This document shows positions 51,634 through 63,436 of a stretch of DNA of 64,000 nucleotides, piece by piece (within the stretch, counting starts at the first letter, position 1; each line of letters opens with the position of its first letter). The stretch is from Octopus sinensis (Eukaryota). The notes beneath the pieces are model-generated. The model had not been told where the DNA came from. It made no database searches and saw only the letters and a program-made list of their open reading frames with translations. The position numbers and the translations under genes were made by a program. The stretch is taken from NCBI RefSeq assembly GCF_006345805.1, contig NC_043001.1, forward strand, positions 1,798,001 through 1,862,000, written 5' to 3'.

Positions 51634-51726
51634 ATGTTTGAGCCTCTTGGTTGGGAGAAGGTACTGGTTCAAGTCTACTATGTTACCTCATTACAGGTTG
51701 GTATGGCTCAGATTACTCAGTCAAAG
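51634..51726 (+). CDS. Candidate internal exon (MFEPLGWEKV.. or CLSLLVGRRYWFK..)
   Basis: Strong acceptor ctgttacttctctag, donor AAG|gtaatg (alternative CAG|gttggt); phase-compatible with 43597-43640 in both open frames. Confidence 0.3.
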
Positions 51727-51795
51727 GTAATGCTTATTCTACTAAAATTGCTTTCAGTTGATTATGTATTATGTTGTAGCTTGAAGATTTCAATG

Positions 51796-52068
51796 ATGAT
51801 GACGATCATCATCATCGTTGTTTAATGTCTGCTTTCCATGCTGGCATGGATTGGATGGTTTGACTGACGGCTGGCAAGCTAGAAGGCTGTGCCAGGCTCC
51901 AATCTAATTTGGCAAGGTTTCTACAGCTGGATGCCCCACCTAACACCAACCACTCCAAGAGCGTAGTGGGTGCTTTTTACATGCCGCTAGCATGAGGGCC
52001 AGTCAGGCTGTGGCATCGGCCATGCTTGAATGGTGCTTTTTATGTGCTACCAGTGCAGGAGCCAATCA
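51796..52068 (-). mobile_element. RTE 3' UTR/tail fragment
   Basis: catcatcatcg..ccatgctggcatgg..ctacagctggatgcc family sequence. Confidence 0.85.
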
Positions 52069-52174
52069 CTCACATACATACATATATATACACACACATA
52101 CATACATTCATATATATGTATATATATGTGTGTATATATACATACATACATATATATAAATATATATATATATT

Positions 52175-52510
52175 GAGGGATCAGAATTCTCTTTAAAACA
52201 GGGGCAATGATTCACAGTGAAAAGCAACTTCACATATGCTTCAGAGAGCCTGCTCTGTGCATTGAGAGCAATACATAGGCCAAACCAAAAACAGTCTCTG
52301 TCAAAGGATGGCTCTGCACATATCCCAGTTCAAAATTCTGTGAAACAGAAAAATAGAATTTAGCAAACACATCAACATTTGCACCGATAACAAACAACCC
52401 AGCCTCAGAATTTTTCCCCTCTCTCAATTCAGGGACAATACAACCTGTTATCACTGCATTAGTAAAGAGTCATTCTTTATCACAAAATATAAACCCCTTT
52501 TGAATGCATC
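52175..52510 (+). pseudogene. Penelope-like GIY-YIG endonuclease C-terminal fragment
   Basis: EQYIGQTKNSLCQRMALH..SKHINIC..RIFP..KESFFITKYKPLLN. Confidence 0.8.
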
Positions 52511-53037
52511 CACCACAAATCACACTATCACCAGGGCCTTAGAATAATATCCATGCAAATATTGAAAACGACATATTCGAAACAGTCACTTCACAAGAAT
52601 TTATTCAGAACAATTCCAATCACTACTATTACAACCACAATGGGTACTTTTAGGTCACTTGACCATTTAAGAGGATTCCACCAACATTCTGCTACTGTCA
52701 TACCACTCCTGCATTCTTCTTCTTCGTTTTCTTCTTCTTCTTCTTCTTTACCTCCTTTACTACTACTGCTGCTTAAACAATCAAAGACAAGAATTCATAT
52801 GGAACTAGCTGCTGCTAACTACCTAGAACCCACAAGAGCAAAAAAGAGAGACAAAGACAGGCAGAAAAATAGAAAATGTCTCTTGCATTTGAAAACAATA
52901 GAAATATTTTTTAAAAACATTTCATTTAATTTTTCCACAATTTAATTGTTTTTCATGCTTTACTCTAAGACTGAAACTGGTACTAAAGTGTTCTTCATGA
53001 TAAAATTATTTTAGCATTTTCTACCTAGTCTTATTTT

Positions 53038-53075
<38 letters not shown>

Positions 53076-54594
53076 AATATAAGGGTAGCAAAAAATTCTA
53101 GAAAAAATTCTCCGCTACCAGTGGTCTAGCGAGAAAGGAAAGATAGTCAAAGACTATATAATATACATTCAACAATATAAGGAATGGCCATAATAGGACA
53201 TTCGACTCACTAGAAAGAGCAGCCAAACTCAAACCACTAATAGTTGTAATTCTGAAATTGAATCGATCTCAGTACGCATTTGGTACTTATTTATCAACCC
53301 TGGAAGGGATGAAAAACAAAGTAGACCTCAGTGGGATTTGAACTGAGAATGTGAAGACAGACGGAATGCTGCTAATTATTTTGCCTCACATGATATTGAA
53401 TGATTTTAACGCTGGCCTTACTGTTCCAACTTGTGCTTTTATTTCATGTTCTCTGTCTTCTTATTGTTCTTTGATTAACTAATGTAAATTAAAATCTTTC
53501 TTGAAAAGTTCATGTTAATTTATATTCTAAACATCAGATTAATAATATCAAAACTATTTTGATAATTTCTTCTGTGTTTTCAAAATTAATTATTGCAACA
53601 ACAATATATTTCAACAAATATATCTAAATAAAAAGATCAAGGAAAATGAAGTGCATGGGTGTGTGTGGGTATAATGTAAAGAGAAAGAAAGATTAAAATA
53701 TTTTGCATGCGTTCTTTTCTCAGCGATGAAGAAAGATGCTTGGAGACAGAGTCTCTGCTTAGTATTTGCAATTTCATTTCACCCCAAGGAAAACTAATAT
53801 GCAGTTAGTTTGCTTCCATTTCCAACTCATTCCATGCCAACAGACAACCATCATTAATCTACCAATTCTGTTTAGCCCCGAGTCAGACCTGATAGAGCAA
53901 GCTTATAAATAAAAACATTCCAGCTTTGATCAGCCAATCTCTTATTCAGTTATTATCCAATACATAATGTTCTTTAACAAAGATTTGGTTACCATTTCTC
54001 TGTGACTGTGGACTACATTTCATTTTTCACCATTTTGAACGCTTCTCTCTCTTTCTTGCTTTGCTTTTCTCATCTTTCCTTCTCTCTCATTTCTCTTTTT
54101 GCACTGTTTCTTTTTCTTTTTCTTTTTCACTTCTCTCTTTCCCATTTCTCACCTTTTATTCTCACCCTCTCTCTCTCTCTCTCACTGTTTGGACAACCTG
54201 TGATGTTCTCACTTCCTCAAGCCTTACTTTGTTCATTCCAGTTCCAAAGACGGTAAACTTTTTGCCACACGTCTCATGAATTATTCTTGGAACCAACAAA
54301 ATTTTTTGAAGACATTAAAATGATGACAGAATGAAATGACACACACTCACAGACCAAATGGATTTAAATTGGCTTTGGGCTTATATTTTTATAGTTGCTC
54401 CATTGTGTCAATAGATAAGATTTATTTCAAACCCAGCATTAACATTAATATGTCTAGCCAAAAGATTAAGCTAGACTTGCTAAAACATTGTGATCTCTGA
54501 CTCTGTCTGTCTGCCTGCCTGTTTTTCTGTCTGTCTGTCTGTCTCTCTTTCTCTTTCTTACTTACACATACTAAGATTAGTTCAAACATACAAG

Positions 54595-54757
54595 CAACAG
54601 GCTTGGCTGTGTGGTAAGAAGCTTGCTTCCCAACCACATGGTTCTGGTTCAGTCTCACTGCATGGAACCTTGGGAAAGTGTCTTCTACTATAGCCTCAGG
54701 CCAACCAAAGCCTTGTGAGTGTATCTGGTAGACGGAAACTGAAAGAAGCCTGTCATG
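54595..54757 (+). mobile_element. CORE-like SINE 5' half (3' half resumes at ~55440-55520)
   Basis: tggctgtgtggtaag..ggttcagtctc..accttgggaaagtgtcttc..gaaactgaaagaagcc; resumes tgtttgtcccccc..gttggtgtgtttacatccc. Confidence 0.85.
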
Positions 54758-54775
54758 TATATATATATATATATG

Positions 54776-55360
54776 TATATAAATTTATATATGAGGATAA
54801 TATCGATATTTAAGTGTCGAAATTATCAAGTGGCCAGCATGAAAGAAATACCTTACAAAGGTAAAAAAATTTTTAACAATTAAAAATGAGGGTGTCTAAA
54901 AGACACCAACATGCCGAAATAGCAGTCGAAACACTGACTATAGTACCACGTTAAATGTTCATATCGCACCATGAGGTAAAGCGGAGGGACAAAACATACA
55001 AGCAAAAATTATTGAATAATTCAAGATCCAAGGATTTCTGTTCTGCTTTAGATAAGCTTTACCGTCATCAGTTGAATATATCAAGGGTACATAATACAGA
55101 TATATATATGCACAGCAAACGATATACTTACATATACGAGCGTCGCACATACATACATATGCACGTATGGACACAGCCAGTCTGAATCGCCCGCCGAATC
55201 ACCGCATAAGTACGATATGGTTAAAATAAGCACCGCAGTGAATATAATAACGAGTTATATAAATTTATATATGAGGATAATATCGATATTTAAGTGTCGA
55301 AATTATCAAGTGGCCAGCATGAAAGAAATACCTTACAAAGGTAAAAAAATTTTTAACAAT
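54776..55360 (-). mobile_element. Non-coding retrozyme-like / PLE pseudo-LTR unit: 480-bp period with 105-bp identical direct repeats
   Basis: 54776-54880 identical to 55256-55360; hammerhead between them; inserted in the (TA)n of a SINE. Confidence 0.75.
55019..55077 (-). ncRNA. Type I hammerhead ribozyme motif
   Basis: RC: AUUCAA-CUGAUGA-C-GGU-AAA-GCUU(AUCUA)AAGC-AGA-ACA-GAAA-UCC(UU)GGA-UC-UUGAAU; 6-bp stem I, intact core, AUC cleavage triplet. Confidence 0.8.
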
Positions 55361-55405
55361 ATATGTATATATATAAAATATAAATTAGAGATAAAACCAC
55401 TATTA

Positions 55406-55443
<38 letters not shown>

Positions 55444-55695
55444 CATGTATATGTTTGTCCCCCCACTATCACGTGACAACTGATGTTGGTGTGTTTACAT
55501 CCCTGAGCACTGGTTCATGAAAAAAGTACCCAGAATACCCTGTAAAGTAATTGGTGTTAGGTATGGCATCAATCCATAGAAACCTTATCAAAGCAGGTAT
55601 TAGAGCTCAACACAGTCTACTGGCTTGTTAGACCTTGTCAAACCATCTAACCCATACTAGCATAAAGACAAATGTCAAACAACAAGGATAATGAG

Positions 55696-55729
<34 letters not shown>

Positions 55730-55736
55730 GTGTATG

Positions 55737-56497
55737 TGACTTCTGTTTTTTATTTATTATAGTCTTCCCCTGTGGAGGGAACCGGTTTCCAACAAAGATA
55801 CAAGACTCCATCTTTGGGATGTAGTTAACTGAGACAAATTCACACTTGGAACTTGAGAAAAGTCTTGCAAATTTTTACTGTTCCACTCACAGATTGCACT
55901 TGTAATGTACAGATCAGCCAGTCAATTTCTCTTTCTGAAAATCCCAGTTTATCCAGATTCTCCTTTAAGCATTTACTAACAAAACTTAGTGCTCCAATTA
56001 TTATTGGTATGAATATGAATTTATAGTCTGGATTTAGAAGGTGGAAATTTCGAACCAGTTGTCTATAGATATCCTCTTTTTCTTTGATTTTCAAAGGGAT
56101 ATTTATATCTGCAGGGCACCTAACCACTATGATGGTACATACCTTTGCCCCTGTGCCCCAAACAACAATATCTGGCCAGTTACACTTACTTTTGACAGAA
56201 GGTTTGATGGGAGTATTCCACCAGTATTCCTTGAATTGGTGTTTATGAATGTATTCCATAACAGAGGAATATTCTAAGTTTATTTCAGGACAGACATTTT
56301 GTGATGGCATTGTAAATTGTTTTAGCAATGGCATCGTGCTGAATAGGGTAGTAGTAGTAGTGTGACGACATATTAAGATAGCTGCTTATCACATGCGTAA
56401 TGTCTTCCACAGAAACATGACACAGCCGACACCTGTGGTTGCATCTCTTATTCACCAGGTACTTTGTGGCAAACTCCTGTTCCTGGATTACAAACGC
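55737..56497 (-). mobile_element. 5'-truncated R4-like retrotransposon (CCHC + RLE) flanked by (CATA)n
   Basis: IQEQE..CRLC..EDITHVISS..HDAIAK..YWWNTPI..WPDIVVW..CPADINI..KEKEDIY..IPIIIGAL..GTVKICKTFL*. Confidence 0.85.
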
Positions 56498-56592
56498 ATA
56501 TGTATGTCTATATGTATATATGTGTGTGTGTATGTATGTATGTATGTATGTATGTATGTATGTATGTATGTATGTATGCATGTATGTATGTA

Positions 56593-56636
<44 letters not shown>

Positions 56637-56742
56637 CCTGTATGTATGTGTGTGTGTATGTATGTATGTATGTATGTATGTATATATTAATGTATGTATG
56701 TATGTGTGTGTGTGTGTATGTATGTATGTACATCTGTATGTA

Positions 56743-57350
56743 TGTTCTCTTCTGTTTTTAATTATTGAAATTCTTCCTCTGGGAAAGGAAGTGAGTTTCT
56801 AACAAAGACACAATGTAGATATCAAAAACAATGTCAGATTCTTTTAAAACTTTTAAAACTTTACTGTTCCACTTACAAATTGTGTTTGCAATGTGCAAGT
56901 TAGTTGGCTGTTTTGTTTTTCTGAAAATCCAGGCTTATCCAGATTGTCAGTTTGGTATTTACTGACAAAACCAATTGCACCAATTATTATTGCCTGTGTA
57001 AATGTGAATTTATAATCTGGATATCGAAGAAGCTAGACGTTTCGAAGCACTTATCCATAGCTATGCTCTTTGTCTTTGATTTTCAAAAGAGATAATTACA
57101 TCAGCAGGACTGCTAACCTTTGTAAGGATACATAATTTTACTTGTCTGTCCCAAATAACAATATCTGGCCTGTTATGTTTATACTTGACAGATGTTTTGA
57201 TGGGAATGTTTCTACAATATTCCTTGTGTTGATGTTTGTGTATATATTCAATATATTCAACAACAGGGGGGTTCTCTGTATTTATTCCAGGGCAGTTTTT
57301 TTTCCAAGTGGGTATGTATCCAGTGCAAGTCCTGCTGCTGTAATTTGTCA
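56743..57350 (-). mobile_element. Second, older copy of the (CATA)n-associated R4-like family
   Basis: EYIHKHQHKEYCRNIPIKTSVKYKHNRPDIVIWD..SSPADV; 3' terminus abuts catacatac. Confidence 0.8.
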
Positions 57351-58454
57351 AAAGTTAAATGTAATAAATTGAATCCTGCAGTTGAGCTTACAACATTTCA
57401 AGCTAATCTGTTCTTCAATGAAGAACATAATTTCTATAAAGGGTGGAAGAGATTATTGCCCAGTTGAACAGCTCGATTGGAACTTGTGTGTCTTTAGTAG
57501 AAGTCACATTCTTGTAACCATTTTGGCTCACTTTGGACTCCAGTCTGGCATTATGTCTCAGAAACCCCTAACGAGATCTTAATCAGTGTTTCTCCTCCTC
57601 TAACTAAGACAAGAAACTGCTGTAAGTTGAGATTCAGTCTTTTGGTAATTAATTAATTAATGATAATTGATGTAAATCAATTGTTATTCGTCAACTGCAT
57701 CTCCATTTTCTGTTTTCTTGAGTCAGAAAACGATTTACAAGTGAACTAAATCAGATAAATAAAGACATGAAACCCTGCAGCAGATTTTTTTTTTTTTTGT
57801 TTTTTTTTTTTTTGCTTCGTCTGTTTAAAATGTGTTGTGGTATATATTATAAGAGTGTGTCTAGAAACATCACTAAAGCAATGTTGAGGATCTCAGAACA
57901 TTTGAAACTGATCTGCTCGACTATGAAGCTCATCCAGTTTTTAATGTGGTGGCAAATGGAAATGGATAGCAAGACAAATATTATTACAATATTTAATGCC
58001 TTAACGCTCATTTAGCATTCTCAGATTCAGAGAATTAGTCACAAAAACAAAAAAAGCATTAAAATCTGAAACATTCCATTAAAATTTTCGTTTGGGAAAT
58101 TCAACTATTTAACCATCATCCATTTCAATTCATTTGAAAAATCTATATTTACGGGTTTCTTTTTAGCCACTTTTACTTTCCTAATATAGCATCGGCTATT
58201 TTTGTTTGTTGCTGAGTGCAAATTTATGCTTACGACATGTCTTGAAGTGAGTGTGAAGAGGAAATTCACGGAAATGTACATTTCTGGAATAGTTTTCTGA
58301 CCAAACTGTTTATTAAAACAATCTGAAACCAATACATGCTAGTTACAAAGGACTGTTGCAGTAAGACACACACAACTGTCCATGGGTCATAGATATTGCA
58401 CACCAATTCAGATAATATTTACGGTGATCATATATAATTTCTCTCTTTATGAAA

Positions 58455-59697
58455 TATTGGGTCATCTTATAAATAATGTGGTTTTATCAATTACATGAAC
58501 CAAAAGTCGGAGTCAGATGGGATAAACTACCTGCATCAACTTCCAATAAAAGCAGGTAGTAATTTTACCTTGTACTTATTCTTAGTGCAAGATTTGAAGA
58601 GTGCAGTTCGATTTAAACAGTTATGCTTTCAAAGCTATGAAAGTGACAAAAGAGCATATTTTGCTTTATGAGTTCAATGAAGGCAACAACGCAATAAAAA
58701 GTGTGAGAAATATTAATGCAGTATATGGGGATAGGACAATAAGTGTAAACCAGTGCCAACAGTGATTCCAGAAATTCCGAACCAGAATCTACAGCCTAGA
58801 AGACAAGCTTCATTCTGAAAGATCTGCAGAGTTCAACAAGGACGTCCTGCAAAATCCTGGTGGAACAAAATCCCATTGTAACTGTTGAAGAACTAGTAGA
58901 AACGCTTGGATTTGGTCATTCAAGATTCATCAACACCTGTGTGCCATTGGAAAAGTGAGAAAATTGGGTCAATGTGTTCCAGAGTGTGAACGTGTGCTCT
59001 TCTTTGCTGTCACATCTCATGAATGAACCTGTTTTGGACTGAACAGTGACTGGTGATGAGAAATGGGTTCTCTATAAAAACGTAAAGTGCTGAAGACAGT
59101 GGATAGGGAAAGGAGAAACATTGGCACCCCAGGCTAAAGAAGGTCTTCACCTATGTAAGGTGTTGTTATCTGTTTGATGGAATATGAAAGGTTTAGTCCA
59201 TTTTGAACTTTTAAACCCAAACCAAATGATAACAAAGGAAAGCAACTTGAGTGGTTTAAGTTAGCACTGGAAGAAAAACGACCATCTTTGGTTTCAAGAT
59301 GAAAAGAATTCTTCCCTCAGGATAATGCTTGGTCACATGCAGAGAGGATGACATTCCAAAGGCTGGAGCAGTTTGAATGGGAAATGATGCTCCATCCATC
59401 ATATTTGCCTGATATTGTCCCATCCGATTATCATTTATTGTGCAGTCTTCAAAATCATTTGAATGGAAAAAAATATGAATTCTGTTGATGAGATCAGAAC
59501 ATTCCTGGAGGAGTATATTTCTTCATGGACAACTGAATTTTGGAAGAGGGGCCTTGTGAGTCTACCAGAGAGATGGAAGAGCATTGTAGAAAATGAAGGA
59601 GAGTATATTTTAGATTATAAAAGAATTTTGTTTATCTTAATTTGGAAAAATAAAAGAAGTACAAAAAAAAACACATTATTTATGGGATGACCCGATA
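58455..59697 (+). mobile_element. Full-length but dead mariner (DD34D-type) transposon
   Basis: ~30-bp TIRs TA-ttgggtcatcttataaataatgtg / cacattatttatgggatgacccga-TA; transposase relic VTGDEKWVLYKN..QDNA..HPSYLPDIVPSDYHL..GEYILD with stops and frameshifts. Confidence 0.93.
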
Positions 59698-60292
59698 CAT
59701 TATTTGGATTATAATAAAGTACTACACTAACACTACCAGGAATAATGTTCTTCAAAATTATTGCAGTTTCATGTAGAATAGAGATGTAAGATTCAATTAG
59801 TGATAATGGACTTCATAACATGCTTTTTGTCATTTAACATTAAAGACAATTTAAAAAAACAAACAATACAAATATCTTTCTTTTAAACCAACACCAATGT
59901 AAGATGAACTTGTTAATTTACGAGAGAAAAAATAAACAAGTAAACATCAATAATTGAATTTATTTCTCTCAAGAAAAGAAACGGACATCTTTGTGGATGC
60001 ACATATTTTCTTCTTATATTTACCAATATTGTTCTTTCTTTTGATCAAATAATGAAGTTTGTAAAACAATGAAAATCATTTCAATTGAAGAATATTTATT
60101 TACATAAATTTTAATTTATTGTACAAAAATCAACCAATTTATATAAATTTATAATCATTTAACAAAAACCAACAACAATATTGTTCTGTTTATACTAATA
60201 ATTTCTTTAAATTCATTTAGATTATGGATAAATTTGTAACAAAATATAAAAGAAAATTAAAAGTCCATTACTGCTGTAGTAATATTAAATAC

Positions 60293-60366
60293 CATCGAAC
60301 TTAAACAAATGTTCTTGTCAGAATTATACTCCAAGAAAGACTCTACCACTGCTCCAGGATCTTCAT
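60293..60366 (-). CDS. Candidate internal exon (DEDPGAVVESFLEYNSDKNICLSSM)
   Basis: Acceptor ttgttaattttag, donor ATG|gtattt, open frame, island of higher complexity in very AT-rich flanks. Confidence 0.22.
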
Positions 60367-60587
60367 CTAAAATTAACAAGTTACCTAGTTATCCAATTTT
60401 CAATCTGAAAAATAAAAACTGGATAATCATTCAAAAAATGGTTAGAATATTCAATTATTAGAGATGCCACTTTCTGTTTCTTTGAAGAGATTTTAATTGT
60501 GAATGTTCAAACGAAAGTGTTTATGCAATTAATTGGTTACCTTGATTGGAATCATGCAAAAGATTCATTAAATAGAGATGTCCCACC

Positions 60588-60811
60588 ACATGAAGTAAAC
60601 TCAGGTAGATTATAGCCATACCTGCCTACAACATGAAGCAAACTCAGGTAGATTATAGCCATATCTGCCTACAACATGAAGTAAACTCAGGTAGATTATA
60701 GCCATACCTGCCTACAACATGAAGTAAACTCAGGTAGATTATAGCCATACCTGCCTACAACATGAAGCAAACTCAGGTAGATTATAGCCATATCTGCCTA
60801 TAACATGAAGC
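60588..60811. repeat. Minisatellite, 43-bp unit, ~5.2 copies
   Basis: acatgaagYaaactcaggtagattatagccataYctgcctaca repeated without spacers. Confidence 0.95.
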
Positions 60812-60896
60812 AAGCACTAGTCTTATTGGATGCATGTTTTGCCATGACCTGAAGCAAGTGCAGTTGTAGTCATGTCTTTTCACAGCATGAACCAAG

Positions 60897-61141
60897 TTGA
60901 CCCTTTTGATACCAACCTGGCCGAAACCGCCTCTGGCTCTATAATACAAATGTCTTGTTTTCATGTGTATCAAATTAAAATCTTCCACCAAACCTTAGTC
61001 ACAATTTATGTTCCTAACACTAGCTTAATGATAACCAAGTTATTTTACTAAATTCTTTGTTATATTTAAAATTACTTGATTCCAACCCGGCCGAAAGAAA
61101 CACAGAGCATCTCAACAGAAATACAGTAACGAAAGGGTTGA
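60897..61141. mobile_element. piggyBac-like MITE (second family)
   Basis: Termini ttgacccttttgatac / gtaacgaaagggttga, degenerate TTAA-CCC..GGG-TTAA. Confidence 0.6.
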
Positions 61142-61899
61142 GGCCATATTGAAGCAACATATTTCTGTAGTTTGAGACAAGCTTGTGACTTTTAGTATTT
61201 TCTTTGGAGAAAGCAAGCTAAAGTCATATAAATAGTTACGTCTGTGAAGAGAATATGGGATTTGCAGTTCTTCTGATCTTTTGGTATTAAAATTAACATC
61301 AGAAAAAACTGTTAAAATGAAATAGATCTTATTTTATATCACTCGTAAAGTAATCCACGTTTTAGTATCAAGTGATTTGTGATTGTGAGTTGATGAATGA
61401 TATTTTGAAAAAAGAAACAGCCTCCACTTCTGCATAAAAAGCATGGGCAATGGGTGAGACACCCACTCCCTAATCATGATGTCTCACGGTCAATCCCACC
61501 GCATGACAACTGGGACAAACGTCTTCTGTTGTAGCCCAGGTCAACGAAATCTCTGCGAGTGGATTCTGTAGACATAAACAAGAAGCGTGTTGTGTGTGTG
61601 TGTGTGTGTGTGTGTGTGGTGTGTATGTACCCTTATTTTTGGAGAACATTATCTTAGTAAACGAGCATCATCACCATCATTCAACAAAGTTGTTTGTTTC
61701 CAGTTTTCCATGCCCTGGGGTAATATTACTTTGTTTGGAAAAAGACTAGTGATGGCAACAGGAAGGCCACCTGACCATATAAAAACTGCCTCAATAAATT
61801 CCTCTGACCCATGCAAGCATTGGAAAGTGGACGTTGCATTGATGACAATACTCTACAAAAAGTGGAAAAGCAACTGAAATTTACTTGATAATTTTAAAG

Positions 61900-62140
61900 A
61901 ATGTTTCAAGCTGTTTGACAGAAATGTAAATGGAAACCATAGAAGCTTTAGAAAAAATGATTAAAGATAATGAGATTACGGGCATAATGGACAGGACATC
62001 CTCAAAGCCAGCTCTTTTGAAATTACTGCATGAAACTTGACAAGAAATTCGTCAAGAGAATATTCCTCATCTGATCAGTAACATGCCTAATAGGGTCCTT
62101 GCATTGAAAAATGTAAAGAGCATGTCTACTAAATACTATA
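61900..62140 (+). pseudogene. Tc1-like transposase C-terminal relic
   Basis: QEIRQENIPHLISNMPNRVLALKNVKSMSTKY resembles the Tc1 terminal LI.SMP.R..A...KG..TKY motif. Confidence 0.5.
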
Positions 62141-62989
62141 TAATCACATTATACTAATTAATATATAATGTGAATGTATAAATTTCAGATTTAAATGAAT
62201 TTTAATGATTATAGTGGTGTCTATTTACTTCTGTGTCTTGAAATACTCAATGCACTCATGGAATGGGTGGAGAATTCTGTCGATAGAACAATTGGATCCT
62301 CCTTATTGAATCTGCTGCAACCTAACCATCCATCCATACACACACACATGGGCACACACAAACACACATGCATCTCAGCTACATGTGTGTATACCTCTGT
62401 CTATAGCATATCTCTCTACATGTGGTGAACACTCCACACACACACACGCATATACACACATCTAAAGTAATGTTAGAAGCAATGTTTGATGTGTTTTCAG
62501 AGAGGCCACTTTTCCTCAACATTTAATGAATGTTTTAAAACAATTCTTGCAGATACCTGAATGGCTAGAACCAAACCAAACGTTAACAAGTTCTTCTAAC
62601 AGATTATTGTCTTGTACCCATTTCCCAAAGCATAGCAGCATTCCTTAATAGCAACCATTTCCATAACCAAGACACTCTGTGAAGTTAATGCACATGTCAG
62701 CGGATGGTGAAAGATAAGAATTGAGTTTCTTGCTTAATTCTGGGAAAATGACAGAATTACAGTTCTTAAAAGCTGCTATCAGCAGGCTGTTATCAAATTG
62801 ATTACAGTGTTGCAGAGTCTGCTGCATTTATTAAACTAATACTGTATAAGTCTTCAGATCATCTTAAACATTTTCGCATTGGCAGAAAATATTTGCTGTA
62901 AGATTTGGAAATGGCTGTGATGTGTTGTGACTTTGTCTTCATTTCTGTGCAGGAAATAGTTGCAAAGCGTTATATATCTCTTTTCCGTC

Positions 62990-63388
62990 CTGTTTTATTC
63001 TTTTATTTGTTTCAGTTATTTGACTGTGGCCATGCTGGAGCACCGCCTTTTAGTCGAGCAAATCGACACCAGGACTTATTCTTTGTAAGCCTAGTACTTA
63101 TTCTATCATTATCTTTTGCCGAACTGCTAAGTTACGGGGATGTAAACACACCAGCATTGGTTGTCAAGCGATGTTGGGGGGACAAACACAGACATATACA
63201 TATATATATATATACATATATACGATGAGCTTCTTTCAGTTTCCGTCTACCAAATCCACTCACAAGGCTTTGGTCGGCCTGAGGCTATAGTAGAAGACAC
63301 TTGCCCAAGGTGTCACTCAGTGGGACTGAACCCATAACCATGTGGTTGGTAAGCAAGCTACTTACCACATAGCCACTCCTGCACCTAT
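62990..63388 (-). mobile_element. Full-length CORE-like tRNA SINE
   Basis: Closely similar to 37459-37872 throughout. Confidence 0.88.
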
Positions 63389-63436
63389 TACTATTATAAA
63401 TGAATAATAGTTCTCATCAATAATAATAATAATAAT

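Noticed and set aside
52560-52590. ttgaaaa-cga..tcg-aaacagtc as a hammerhead relic after PLE GIY-YIG
   Set aside because: The CUGANGA core has two changes and no stem I is found.
60588-60811. Possible CRISPR array
   Set aside because: Units are contiguous with no unique spacers; eukaryotic context; no cas genes.
62645-62827. 60-aa minus-strand ORF in non-repetitive sequence
   Set aside because: No recognisable motif, and no consistent splice pair giving an open frame.
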